Assembly (NCBI GenBank): GCA_026770705.1
Contig: JANJGN010000039.1
Span: 10,230,001 to 10,294,000, forward strand
DNA from: Isurus oxyrinchus
Taxonomy: Eukaryota
DNA length: 64,000 nt
Direction: 5' to 3'
Position numbers and translations under genes: made by a program. Position 1 is the first letter of the stretch. Each line of letters begins with the position of its first letter. The notes under the pieces are model-generated. The model made no database searches. It saw only the letters and a list, made by a program, of their open reading frames with translations, and was not told the origin of the DNA. Positions 48,606 to 63,500 of this stretch are shown one piece after another.

Positions 48606-48899
48606 TCTCCAACCTGATTGGAGAGGTTCAATCATGAAGTTAATTTTGCAATTCTCACATCCCAATTGCTCATGCACACAATCAAAAATCAGATTTAAAA
48701 TTTACCCCACATCTGCTTGCTAATAAATGCGCATCCTCAGCTCCAGCCTGATTTCCAAATTAACCACAATCAAATCTCGGAAGGCCCTAATAAAGGTGCT
48801 AAAAATAATTCACAATGAAGATACAAGGAAAGAGAGATATTGCTGCACTTCATGTCTTTATCGCTTCTTTTCCCATTCCCCTTAAGTCTGCCTCTTTGT

Positions 48900-49110
48900 C
48901 GTTATCGCTCCTTCACTCAGTGGGAACAGTTTCTCTTGATCGACTCTCTCTCCAGGCCCTCAGGATTTTGAACACCTCGAACAACTCTCCTTTCAGCCTT
49001 CTCTGCTCCAAGTTAAATAGGCCCATCTTCTCCAAGCTATCGATGGAACTGAAATAACTCATAACTGGAACCATTTCTGTGAAACTTTTCCACGCACTCT
49101 CCAAAGCCTT
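48900..49110 (-). mobile_element. CR1 fragment
   Basis: ORF 48913..49128(-) 'LEKMGLFNLEQRRLKGELFEVFKI'. Confidence 0.85.
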
Positions 49111-51545
49111 CACAGACCCCACATTCAAACTCTCTCCCTCCCTCTATCACACACACTTACACTTGTTCTTTCTCTCTGTCAAACATACTCACATTCTCCC
49201 CCTCTTTCACACACACTTAGACTCTCTCCCTCTTGCTCACGCAATCAGCTTCTTCCCCTCTCTTTGTCATACACACTGACATGTCCCCTTTCTCACTGTA
49301 ACACACATTCAGACTCCCCCCTCTCTCTGTCACACACAATCACACTTCCTCCCTCTCAATCACATATACTCACACGAACCCCATCTCCATCCCTGACACT
49401 CACAATCTTCCCTTCTCCTTGTCAATCACACACACATACTCGTGTATTTTTTTCACACAAAGTGGCACCCTCCCCGTCTCTCACTCACACGCACTCACAT
49501 TCTCCCCCTCTCTCACACAGACTCTCTCCCCCACTCTCTGCCATAGACATTCACATTCATGTCCTCTCTCTCTCAAAATCCCTCCCACTCTTTCTCACAC
49601 TCAACCCCACTCTCAGTCACACTCACTTTCTACCTCGGTCACACTCACCGCCTCAATCTCGCCACTCACACTGCCACAAACACTCACACTCTCCCTCTCT
49701 CTCTCCCTCTATCTCCATCTCCTCCTTTTTCTTTGATACATATATTCACACCCCCTTGCTCACTCATAGACAAAAGCTCCTCCTTTCTCTCTCCTGCTTT
49801 CTCTCTCCCCTCGCTCTTTTACACACGCTATCGCCCTCTCTCTCTCTCTTTCTCCCTCTCTCACAATCACACTGCCCCCTCTCTCTCAAACACACTCTCA
49901 ATCTATACCTCACTCTCTGACACTCAGACCCTGCACTTCACTCTTTCACACAGATACACTCTGAACATCACTCTCTCACGCACATTCTGCACCTCACTTT
50001 CTCACATTCACCCTCTGCACCTCTCTCACTCACAGTCTCCTCCTCTCTCTCATTCAGAGTCTCATTCTCTCTCTCACATTCAATGCCCCCCTTTCTCACT
50101 CAATGTCCCTATCTCTCAGTTGGATTCTCCGGCTCTCTCAGTTACCCTGCCTCTCTCACACATTTACAATCTCACTCATTCACTTACAGTCTCGTACTCC
50201 CTCACATTCACAGCCTCCCACTTTCACTTACAGTCTCCTTTCGCATACAGACTCCCTCTCTCTAACATTCAGAGTTTCATTCTCTCTCTCACATTCATTG
50301 TCTCCCTTTCTCACTTACCCGCCCTCTCTGTCAAATTCACAGTCTCTGCTGCCCTCTAACTCAGTCTCACTCTCCCTCTCCCCCGACAGTCAGTCCCTAT
50401 CGATCACAGTCCCACTCTCTCTCATCCATTATCTGTCTCTCTATCTCACACACACATTCACTGTTTCCCTCTCTCACACACATTCACAGTCTCTCTCCCT
50501 CTCACAATCTCCCTTTCTCTTACCTAATTCTCCCTTACACTCACTCACAGTTTGTGTCTCTCGCTAACAGCCTCCGCCTCCCTCTCTCACTCAGTCTTCC
50601 TCTCACACACTCACTGCCTCCTTCTCCCTTACGAAGTCTCCACCTCTCAGTCTCCCCCGTCTCAGACTCTCCCTCTGTGTCCCTCTCTCTCTCACACACA
50701 CACATTTACAGTGTCCGTCGCTCTCTACCACAGTCCCTTCTCTCTCACTCACAGTCTCTAACTCACACTCTCTACAACTCAATCTCTCTCTATCTCAATT
50801 TTAGTCTCACTCTCTCACTCATTTTCCTTTCTCACTCTTTCACAGCCTGCACCTCCCACACACAGTCTACCTCTCTCTCTTTCATTCACATAATCTGTCT
50901 CCCTCTGTCATTAATATTCATTCTCCCTCCCTTTCATATTCACAGGCTCAATCTCGCTCATATTCAGTTTTCCTCTCTCACTCCCTCAGTATCCTTTTCT
51001 CTCTCACTCAGTCTCCAACATTCCTCACTTAGTCTCACTCTCCCCCTCTCTCATACTCAGTCCCTCCCACTCACTCAATATCCCTTTCTCTCTCATATGC
51101 ACGATCTCATCTCTCGCACGTTCACATTCTCCCTCTGTCTCACACAAATATTCACATTCTCCACCTCTCTCACACGCACATTCACAAATTCAGTCTCTCT
51201 CGCTCTCTCACACACACATATCCAGTCTCCCTCTCTTTCACATCCAGCTTCCCTCTCTCACATTCACACTGTTTCTCTCCCTCACATTCACAGTCTCCCC
51301 GCTCTCACATTCACAGTCTCCTCTCCCTCATATTCACAGTGTCCCTCTCCCTCGCATTCAGTCTTCCCCTCTCTCACATTCACGGTCTCACGCTCTCTCA
51401 AGTTCATACTCTCCTTCACTCTCACTCATATCCCTATTTCTCACTTACAATGCCCTCGCCCCCCCCCCCATCTCAGTCGCCCACTCTCACTCTCTCATAT
51501 TCCGCATCCATATCTTTCTCACAGAGTATCACTCTCCCACTCTCT
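49110..51545. repeat. (CT)/(CA)-rich low-complexity tract (CTCTCTCACACATTCACAGT-like)
   Basis: Pyrimidine/CA composition with almost no G on the + strand. Yields spurious S/L/H/T ORFs. Confidence 0.95.
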
Positions 51546-54500
51546 CCCATGCCTGGCCCTACTCTCTAAGCCCTGGCCCCACTCTCTATCCCTGGCACTA
51601 CAATGTATACCTGCAACCGCACTCCTTACCCAATGCCACACATTATACTCTGCCACAAACTCTTTCCACAGCTCTACACTTTAACCCCGGCCCAAATCTC
51701 CATACTCCTCCCCTCTCTCTACCTAAAGCCCGACTCTATCGCCGGCCCCATTCCCGTTCCCAGGCTCCAATATCTTTCCCCGGCCTTACTCTCTATACAT
51801 GGCCCCAGTGCCTATGCCTGCGCCACTCTCGTAGCCTGGCAGCACTCTTTATCCTCGGCCCCCTCTCTGTACCCGGCCCGACACTCTATCTTGTCTCTAG
51901 TCTCTATGCCTGGCCCAAATCTCTATACCCTGCTCCAATGTCTATCCCCACTCACTCTCTATTCCCGACCGCTTTTTCTATGCACGGCTGTACTCACTAT
52001 CCCTGGTTCCAGAGTATAACCCCTTCCCCACACCCTCAATAGCCCCGCTCTCTATACCCGGCCATGCAATCTACGCCCATCCCTACTCTCTATATCTGGA
52101 TCCACCCTCTGTCCACGGCCCCCAACTATCAAAGGCCCCCAACTATCAAAGGCCCCTAAGTCTATCCCTGGCCCCACTCTCTATTCAAGGTCCCACTCTA
52201 TACCACTGGCCCCAATCTCTCTCCCGGATGTATTGTGTAGACCCGGCCCCACTCGCTATCCAAGTCCACACAGTCTTTCACCAGATCCACTCTCTATCCC
52301 CAGCCCCGCTCTCTTGACACCCCAGCTCCCTATTTCCGGACCTGTCTCTACCCCCGATCCTACTCTCTATATCTGGCTCCAGTCTTTATCCATGGCACCA
52401 CTCTTTACCTCCTGCCTCACTCTCTATCTCCAGCACCACTCTCTACCTGCGTCCTCACTCCCTATAATTGGCCCCAATCTCTAAACACCAGCACCGCAGT
52501 CTATCGCTGGGCCAACACTGTACAGCCAGCACAAGTCTCTATACCGAGCTCGACTCTCTTACACCCTCCCCCACTCTCTTTTCACGGCTTCACTCACTAT
52601 ACTGGGCCTCACTCTCTATACCCTGCCGCACTCACTATCCCCACCCCACTCTCTGTACCCGGTCTGACACTTTATCCCTGTCTCCACTCTCTATGCCCGG
52701 CCCCAAATCAGTAAACGCTGCTCCAATATCTATCCCCACTCACTCTCTATCCCCGGCCACTTCCTCTACCCATGGCTGCACCCATTATCCCCTGTTCCAT
52801 AATGTTACCCCATCCCCTCACCCTTGACAACCCAGCTCTCTGTAACCAGCCTAGCACTCTACCCCCACCCCTACTCTCTATACCCGGCCCCACTCTCTAT
52901 TTGTGGCCCCAACTTACTCCGGCTCCAAACTCCAACCCCGGCCCCACTCTTTATTCAAGTCCCCACTCTTTATCCAAGTCCCCACTCTTTAGCCCTGGCC
53001 CCGATCTCTGTCCTGGCCCTATTCGTTCGATGCGGAGCCACTCTCTAATGAAGGCCACACACTCACCGGATTCCCTCTTTATCATCGGCCCAGCTCTCTC
53101 GACGATCCAGCTCCATATCTCCGGACCACTCTCTACCCCCGATCATACTCTCTATACCTGGCCTCACTCTTTATCCCTTGCACCACTCTTTACCCCTTGC
53201 CCCCTCTCTATCCCCAACACCACTGTCTACCCACGACCTCACTCCCCATAACTGCCCTCTGACTCTAAGCCCCTATGCACCGCTGTTTATCGCCGGCCTA
53301 ACACTTTATAGCCGGCACCATTCTCTATACAAAGCACAACTCTAATATCCCCTACCCCCACTCTCTTTACCCGGCTCCACTCACTATGCTCGGCGCCACT
53401 CTCTAAAACAAGCCCCAATCTCTATCCCTGGACACAATCTCGATCCCCGGTGCTAATTTCAATCCCCGGTCCTACTCTCTATTCCCAGCCCAACTGTCTA
53501 TCCCCGGCTCTACTTTCTATCCCCGGCCCTACTGTCTGTACACAGCCCAACTCTCTATCCCTGGCACTACTTCCTATCCCCGGCCCTAATCTCTATTCCC
53601 GGCCCATCTCTATCCCCTTCACTACTCTAATTATCTGGCCGCACTCTCAATCCCCAGCCCCACTGCCCATCCCCTGCACCACTCTGTATACCCAGCACCA
53701 CACTCTATCACAGCTCCCACTTTCTATCCCTGGGCACACCCTCTACCCCCAATCCAACCTATATCGCTGGCCCCACTGTCTATCCCCGTTTCTGCTCTGT
53801 TTACCCGGCCCCACTCTCTCTATCCCCATTGCACGTTCAATGCCGGTCTCCACTTTCTATCCCCGGCCCGACTCTCTCATCGGCTATACTCTCTATACCG
53901 GGCCCCATTCACTATCCCAGGCCCCAGTCTCTATCCCTGGCCCCACTCTCTCTCCCAGGCCCTGATCTCTAGCCCCAGCCCTACTCTCTATAAATAACAA
54001 AGAACAAAGAAGACTACAGCACAAGAACAGGCCCTTTAGCCTTCCAAGCCTGTGCCGATCATATTTTATGTCAACTAAACCATTTTACTCTTCCGGTTTC
54101 CATATTCCTCTATTCCCATTCCGTTCATGTATTTGTCAATCTGCCTATTAAACACCACTATCGCACTTGCTTCCACCACCTCCTCTGGCAATGAATTCCA
54201 GACACTCACTACCCTCTGTATAAAAAACTTGCCCCGCACATCTCCTTTATGGTTTTCTCCTCTCACCTTAAATCTAGGTCCCCAGTAAATGATTCTTCCA
54301 CCGTGGGAAAAAGCTTCTGACTATCTACTCTTTCCATGCAACTCATAATTGTGTAAACTTCTGTCAAGTCACCCCTCAATCTCCGTTGCGCTAGTGACAA
54401 CAATCGGAGTTTCTCCAACCTCCCCTCATAGCTAATAACCTGCAGACCAGGCAGCATCCTGGTAAACCTCCTCTGCACCCTCTCCAACGCCTCCACATCC

Positions 54501-57500
54501 TTCTGGGATTGTGGTGACCAAAATTGCATGCAATATTCCAAGTGCGTCCTAACCAAGGTTCTATACAGCTGCAGTATAACTTCCCAGCTTTTGTACTCAA
54601 TACCCCACCAATGAAGGCACATATGCCATATGCCTTTCTGACTACCTTATCCACCTGCGTTTCCACTTTCAGTGACCTGTGGACCTGTACACCCAGATCA
54701 CTCTGCTCATCGATAGACCTAAGGGTTCGGCCACTTACCGTATAATTCCTGCCTTTATTACGCCTTCCAAAATGCATTACCTCACATTTGTCCGGATTAA
54801 ATTCCATTTGCCATTTCTCTGCCAAAGTCTCTCAACGATCTATATCCTGTTGTATCCTTTGTCAATCCTGTTCACTATCTGCAACTCCTCCAACCTTACT
54901 GTCGTCTGCCAAGTTACATTTTCCTCCAGATCATTTATATATACCACAAACAGCAAAGGTCCCAGCAATGATCCCTACGGCACTCCACTAGCTATAGCTC
55001 TCAATTCAGAAAAGCACCCTTCCATTGCGACCGTCTCTCTTCTATGACCAAGGCAATTTGGTATCCATCCTACCAGATCACTTCTGATCCCCTGCGACTA
55101 TACCTTCTCTACCAGTTTGCCATGGGGGACCTTGTCAAAGGCCTTAGTGAAATCCATGTATTTAACATCCACTGCCCGTCCAGTGTCGATCATCTTTGTC
55201 ACTTCCTCGAAAAAATCGATCAACTTAGATAGACACGACCTCCCCTTCACAAAAACATGCTGCCTTTCACTACAACGCCCTTTTGCTTCCAAATGGTAGG
55301 AAATCCTGTCACGAATAATTTTCCTACCACCGACCAAAGGCTCACCAGCCTGTGGTTTCCTGGATTAACCCTGCTACCCTTCTTAAACAATTGAACTATA
55401 TTGGTCCTTCTCCAGTCCTCTGGGACCTCACCCGTAGCCAGTGAGGATACAAAGATTTATGTCCAGGCCCCAGCAAGCTCCTCCCTTTCCTCCCTTAGTA
55501 CTCTGGGGTAGATACCATCTGGTACTGGGGACTTATCCACCTTAATACTCTTCAAGACGCCGAACACCTCCTCTTTCTTGATCTCAAAGTGATCCACGCT
55601 ATGTACATACTCTTCCCTAGACAAATCGACCGCTAAGTCCTTCTCTTTAGTGAATACTGATGAGAAGTATTCATTTCGTATCTCTCTCATTTCTTCTCAC
55701 TCCACACACAGATTCCCATCTCTTTCCCTGAGTGGGCGTAACCTCTAACTGGCTATCTTCTTACTTTTTACATATGTATAAAATGCCTTGGGATTTTCCT
55801 TAATCCTTGTTGCCAGTGGCTTTTCATTACCCCTTTTAGCCTTCCTGACTTGATTAAGATTCTTTCTAATTTCTTTGCATTGTCCACCAGCTTTATCTGT
55901 TCCCAGCCTTCTAGCCCTAACGAATGCTTCCCTTTTCTTTTTAACTAATCTCACAATATCCTTTTTATTATTATCACAATAAACTCACAAAATAGTCTCT
56001 GTTCTCGGCCACACTCTATCCCTGGCCCCAAACGCTATCCCCGGCTCCACTCTGTATCCCCTGCCCCACTCTTTACGCATGGTCCAATTCTCTATCCATG
56101 GCCCCAATCTCTACCCCAGCCCTATTCTGTAGAGTCGGCCCCACTCTCTATCCTAGTCCACACGCTCATTCACCGAATGCACTCTCTATCCCCTGCCCTG
56201 CTCCCTCGATGTCCCAGTTCCCGATCTCTGAACCGCTCTCTACCCTGGAACCTACTCTGTATACCTGGCCCCACTCTCTAGCCGTGGACTCACTCCCTAT
56301 AACCAGCCCAACTCTCTAATACCACCGGCACCGCTGTCTATCGCCAGCCCAATACACTATAGCAGACACCACTCTCTACACACAGCTCCACTCAGTTAAC
56401 CCCGTCCCTACTCTCTATTCCCAGCTCCATTCACTATTCTCGGCCAGATTCTCTATCGCTGGCTCCACTCTCTATGCCTGGACCCACGCTCTATCCCCGG
56501 CCCCACTGCACAGCCCCTGCACCACTCTCTATACCGAGCCCCACACTCTACGGCTGGCACCAACCCATATCCCTGGCCCCAATCTCTATCCCCGGCCACA
56601 CTCTCCATCCCTGGCCTCTCTCTCTCTCAACTCCGGCCCCACTCTCTATTCCTGGCCCTATATTCTAACCAAGGCCTCACTGTCCATACCCTGTCCTACT
56701 GATTATACGTAGACCTGCTCTCTATCCCCGGATCCAATCTCTATCCCTGGCCCTAATCTATCACACCCTGGACTCGCCCTTTAACCCTGGCCCAACATTC
56801 TATTCCCTGCCCCAATCTCTATCCCCAGCTCCACGCATTACCACTGGCCTAAATCTCTATACCCATTCACTCTCTCTATCCATGGCTCCTCTCTATCCCC
56901 GGTCCCATTCCCTAACCCTAGATGCAATATCTATGCCCGGCCCTACTCTCTATACATTGCCCGACTCTCTGCACAGAATCACTCTCGAAACCCGGCAGCA
57001 ATCTTTATCCCCGGCCCTACTCTCTGTACCCAGCCCGACACTCTATCCCTGTCTCCACGCTCTATGCCTGGCCCAAATCTCTATACCCTGCTCCAATGTC
57101 TATCCCCACTCACTCTCCATCCCCGGTCCCTTTCTCTATCCACGGCTGCATTCCCTATCCCCGTCTCCACAAACTGACCCCGTCACCACACGTTCGACGA
57201 CCCTGCTCTCAGTACGTTGCCCTGCTCTCTACCCCCATCCCTGCTCACTATTCTCGGACCCAATCTCTATTCTCGGCCAAACTCTATACCCGGCCCCAAA
57301 CTCGAAAACTGGCCCGACTTTCCATCCCTGGCCCAACTCTCTATGCATTGCCCAATCTCTATCCCTGGCCCCAATCTCTACCTTGGCCCAATTCTGTAGA
57401 CCTGGCCCCACTCTAAATCCAAGTCCCGGCTCCTCGCTCTATCCCCGGCCCTGCTCTGTCAACGCCGCAGTTCCCCATTTCTTGAACCGCCCCCTACCCC

Positions 57501-60500
57501 CACTCCTAATAACTAAACGTAGCCACACTCTTTATCCCCAGCAGCAATCTGTACCCTCTGCACTACTCTCTATCCCCAGTCCTACTCTCTATCCCCAGCA
57601 CCACTCTCTGCCTGCCTCGTCACTCCTTATAACCGGCCACACTCTCTAACCACCCGGCACAGCTGCCTATCACCGGACCAACACTCTATAGCTGGCACCA
57701 TTCCCTATATCCAGCTCCGCTATCTTACCTACGCCTCCACTCCATTTACGCGGCTCTGCTCAACATATACGGCCACACTGCCTATCCCCTGCTACAATAT
57801 CTATCCCCGGACCCACTCTCTATCCCCAGCCCTAATTTCTATACTCGGCCCCACTCTCTATTCCCGGCCGCACTGCCCAGCCCCTGCAACACACTCTATA
57901 ACTGACCCCACATTCTATCACCACACCGAATTTCTATCCCCAATCACACCCTCTACCCACGGCCCAACCTATATCCCTGGCCCCACTTTTTATCCCCGGC
58001 ACTGCTCTCTTTACCGGGCCCCACTCTCTACACCCGTCCCCGCTCACTATACTGACCCCATTCTCTATCAGCGACCCCTCTCTCTATCCCTGGTCTCACT
58101 CTCAATCCGCGGCCCAAGTTGCTATCTCTGGCCTCTCTCTGAATCCACGGCCCCACTCTCTTTCTGCAACCCCACACACTAACCCCAGCCTCACTCTCTA
58201 TACCTTGTCCCATTCATTATACACGGCCCTGCTATCTATCCCCGGCTCCAATCTCTATCCCTGGACCCACTCTCTAATGCCCCGGCCGCGCTCCCTATCC
58301 TTGGCCCAACTTTATATAGCCTGCTAAATCTCTACACCCAGCTCCACTGTCTAAGCCCCCGGCACCACTCTCTAAACCCAGCTCCACTTACTATACCCTG
58401 TCCGAATCTCTATCCCCAGCTCCAAAATTTAACACCAGCCAAATCTCTTTACCTGTCCTCTCTCTTTATCCATGGCCCCAATCAATCGCTGGCCCCATTC
58501 CCTATCCCTGGCTCCAATATGTATGCCCAGCCCTACTCTCTATACACAGCCCAACACTCTATGCTCAGATTTACTATTCAAACCTGACAGCACTCATTAT
58601 CCCTGGCCCAACTCTCTATTCCTGCCCCCCACTCTCTATGCATGGCCCAAACCTCCATCCCTGTCTCAACTCTTTAACCAAGCCAAAATCTCTATAATCT
58701 GCTCCAATGTCCATCCCCGCTCACTCTCTATCCCAGCTCCATTCTCTATCCACGTCTGCAGTCACTATACCTGGTCCCACAATCCCACACCGTCCCCACA
58801 CCTTCGACCATCATGCTCTCTATACCTTGCCCTGCTCTCTACCCCCATCCATACTCACTGTACCCGGCCCCACTCTCTATTCTTGGCCACCCTCTGTACC
58901 CAGCACCAAACTCTATCTCCAGCCCCACTCTCTATCCTACGCCCCAGTCTCTATGCATGACCCCAATCTCTATCCCTGGCCCCAATCTCTACCCTGGTCC
59001 TCCTCTGTAGACCTGGCCCCACTCTAAATCCAAGTACAAAAACTCTTTCATCGGATCCTCTCTCTATCCTCGGCCCGGCTCTCTCAACGCCGCACCTGCC
59101 TATCTCATGAACACTCCCTACCCCCGGACCTAAACTCTGTACCTGGCCCCACCCTTTATGCCCAGCAGCACTCGCTACTCCCTGCCCCACTCTCTATCTC
59201 CAGTACCACTCTCTACTCACCTGCTCATTCCCTATAACTGGCCCCTGTCTCTAAACCCCTGGTACAGCTGTCTATCACCAGCCCAACACTCCATAGCCGG
59301 CACCACTCTCTATACCCAGCTTCAGTCTCTTACCCCCGACATACTCCCTTTACCCAGTGTCACTCAATATACCCGGACCCACTGCCTATCCCCTGCTACA
59401 CTATCTATCCCCGGCCACACTCTCTAACCCTCGCCCAACTTGTATCCCTGGCCCCATTCTCTATCCCCGCACCAGTCTCTATACCTGGCCTTGCTCTCTA
59501 TCCCCAGCTGCATAATCTATCCTGGGCTCCACTCTCTATTCCCGGCTCCACTTTCTGAACGTCCATGCTTTCTATGGCTGGCCACATTTAATACCCCCAG
59601 CCCCACTCTCTATCCCCGGCTCCTCTCTATATCACTGCCCTACTCTGTATAGCCGACCCCACTCTCCATCCCCAGCCCTAATCTTTATAGATGGCCTCAT
59701 TTTCTATCCCTGGGTACAATCTCTATCTCTGTCCCCACTCTCTTGCCCGGGCCCAACTCTTCACCCCCGACGCCGCTCTCTCTCCCCAGCCTCAAATTGT
59801 AGCCCCGGCCCGATTCTCTATCCCCATCCCTACTCTGTACACCCAGATCCAAAATATCTCCTCTCTCTATTCCCGGCCCCACTCTCTTGGTGGCCACGCA
59901 CTCTTTCCCGGCCCTGCTCTCTATACCAGGCCTCAATTTCTATCCCCTGCCCCACTCTCAATCCCTGGACCTACTTGCTTTAACAGCCCCAATCCTTATC
60001 CGTGGCTGCACTCTCTATCGCTGGACTGACTCTCAATCTGCGGCTCCCCTGTCTGACACCTGCCCTACACTCTGGCCACCCCAACCCTCTCTCCCTTACC
60101 CTAATCTCTATGGATGGGCACACTCTCTATCCCTGACCCCGCACTCTACCTTCGGACCTACTCTCTATACCAGGCCCCACGTTTCAACCCCAGCCCTGCT
60201 CTCAATCCCTGGACCCGTTCAAATTCTGTGCCCGAATCCCTATCCGTGGCTCTACTCTGTATCACCGGACCGACTCTCAACCCACGGCTCCACTCTCTGT
60301 CCCCTGTCCTACTCTCTGGCCATCCCAACCCTCTATCCCCATTCCTAATCTCTATAGATGGCCCCACTCTCAATTCCTGGCCCCGCACTCTACCTCTGGA
60401 CCTACTCTCTATACCCTGCCACAATCTATATACACGGCGTCACTTCCCCAGAACCAGATTCTACCCCTGCGGTCTCTCTCTATACACGGCCCCACATTCT

Positions 60501-63500
60501 ATACTTGGCCCAGCTCTCTATCTCCGCCTGCAATCTGTATCCCTTAACCCCACTCTATAACCCCCAGGCCCCACTGTCTTTACCCAGCTCCAATCACGAT
60601 CATCGATCAACTCTCTATCCCCAGACCCAGTCGCTGTCCCAGGATCTACTCTCTATCCCCAGCTCCACTCTCTGTCCCTGGCCACACTCTGTATTTCCGG
60701 CTCCACACTCTATCCCCGGCCCCATTCTCTATCCATGGCTCCACTCACTATCCATGGGTCCACGCTCTCAATCCGACCCCACACTCTCAAAAGCCCCTCT
60801 CTATCCCCGACCCTGCTCTCTACCACCGGCCTTACTCATTATAACCACCCACATTCTCTATCCACAGCCCCACACTTTAACTCCTGCCACACTCTCAACC
60901 CCTAGCACAACACACAGCCCATCGACTGCTATACTATACCGGGCCCCATTCTCCAACTTTCTGGCACCGCTCTCTATAACCAGCCATGCAGCCTATACCC
61001 GGCACAATTTTCTATACCCAGCTCTAATTTCTAACCACCCAGCCCCTCTCTCTACACCTGGCTCAACTAACTATACTGGACCCCACTCATTATTCCCAGC
61101 CCCCATTCCTATAAGTGGCCGCAATCACTATCCAGGCCGCCACTATCTATCCCTTGCCTCACTCTCTATCCCCGGCACCACACTCTACCATCGGCCTCAC
61201 TCTCAATACCTGGCCCCATCTCTAACCGCTGGGTGAAGATCTATATCCACTGCTCGACACTCTATCTCCTGAACCACTGTCTATACCCAGCTAGATTCTC
61301 TAACCCCACGGACCCACTGTCTTTACCCGGCTCAAATCACGATCATCGATCAACTCTCAATCCCTAGACTCACTCGCTATCCCAGGACATACTCTCTATC
61401 TCTGGCACCACTCTCAATCCCCGGCGACACTCTCTATACATGGACCCCATCTCTACCACCAGCCCCACTCTATTCCCAGCCACATTCTCTATGATTGGCC
61501 CCATTTCACTATCCCCAGCCCCTTTCTCTATTCGTGGCTCCACTGTCTAATCCAGGCTCCACACTCTATCCCTGGCCCCACACTCTCGATGGTCTGGCTC
61601 TCTATCCATGGCCCTGCTCTAGACCCCCTTCCCCACTCTCTATCCCCCGCCCCACTGTCCATTTCCTTCACCACTCTCTATTACCGGCTCAAACTCTATC
61701 ACAGCCCCCACTATCTATCCCCGGCACCACCTCCTACCCCCGACCCATTCTATATCCCTGGCCTCATTCTGCATCCCCAGCACTAGTCTCTATATCCTGC
61801 CCCGCTTTCTATACCGTGCTACAGACTCTATCCTGGGCTCCAGTCTCTACCCACGGCCCCAATCATTATCCCTGGCACAACTATTCTTCCCAGGCCCTAA
61901 TCTCTATAGACGGACCTATTCTCTATTCCCGAGCCAATTTCTATACCCGGCCCACTCTCTAGCCCATGACCAATTGTCTACACCCCACCCCCCTCTCTAT
62001 CACCGGGCCCAATCAGTATCCCCAGCTCTACACTCTTTCCCTGGACCTGTTGTGCATACCCATCTCCAATCTATACCTGGCTCCACTCTGTTCAAGGCCC
62101 CAAACTGTCGATGGCCCCACTACTCTCTAAACCCGGCACCACATTCCATCCCCGGCCCCACTCTCTATCCCATGACACACTCACTTTCCCTGCCCCAATT
62201 CTTTCCCTGGCTCCACTCTCTATCACCAGACTGAATCTCAATCCATGGCTCCACTCCCTATCCCCGGCCCTAAACTTATAGACAGCCCCAATCTCTATTC
62301 ACGGCCATGCACTCTCTACGGTCCCGGTCTCTATGCCTGGACCCACACTCTATCCCCGGCCCCACATTCTTCCCCAGCCTCTCTGTCTACACCCGGTCCC
62401 ACATTCTATACCCAGCCCAGCTTTCTATGCCCGGCTGCAATCTCAAACCCCTACCTCAATCTCTAACCCCAAGGCACCCACTCTTTATACCCAGATCAAT
62501 TCAGTACACCCGGACCCAATATCTATCATAGGCTCCAAACTCTGTCCCCGGACCTAATCTCTATACCCGGCCCCACTTTCTATCCAGGGCCACACACTAT
62601 ACCCAGCCCCATTCTATTCCTGACTGCAATCATTAGCCCCAGCCCTACAATCTAACACTGTCCCCACCCTCTATACCCGGCCCTACTCTCTTTCCACAGC
62701 CCCACTCTCTAACCCCTGCCACTCTCTCTATCCCCAGAACCATGCACTACCTCCCAACAGCTTTTCTATACCTGGCCCCACTCTCTTACCCTCCGACTCA
62801 GCTCTCTATCTTCGGTCATACAACCCATAACAGACACCACGCTCTATACCCAGCTCCACTCTTTAACTCCCCAACACCTGTCTCCATACTCGACTCCACT
62901 CATTCTATTCGCCCCACTCTCTATCACAGAACACACTCACTATCCCAAGATCGACTTTCAATAACCGGCCCCACTCACTGTCCACAACCCCGATCTCTAC
63001 CTCTTGCCGCACTCTCTATCCCCTGCACCACTCACTACACCTGGCATCATTCTCAATACCTGTCCCCACTCTCTATCCACTGGGCACCGCTCTCTGTTCC
63101 TTGCCTTAGATTCCATACCCAGCACCACTCTCTAACGCCTCGGACCACTCTCTATACCAGTCTCCACTCACTTTACTCGATCCACTCTCTATCCCCGACC
63201 CACTCTCTAACCCTAGCTCCACTCTTGAACCATGAACCCACTCTCTAACCACCCAGCACAGCTTGCTATTCCCACACCAACACTCTATCCCTGGCCGCAC
63301 AGTCTATCCCCACCCCTAATCTTTATAGCCATCCACAGCCTTTATCCATGGCCCCACTCTCTATCCTTGGCTCCGCTCTCTTTCCCCGGCCACACTCATT
63401 CGAGGGACCTGCTCCCTATCCCCATTCTAACTCGCTATCCCCAGCTGCAATCTCCATCCCTGGCTCAACATTTTACCCCCTTCCTCACTCTCTATACCAG

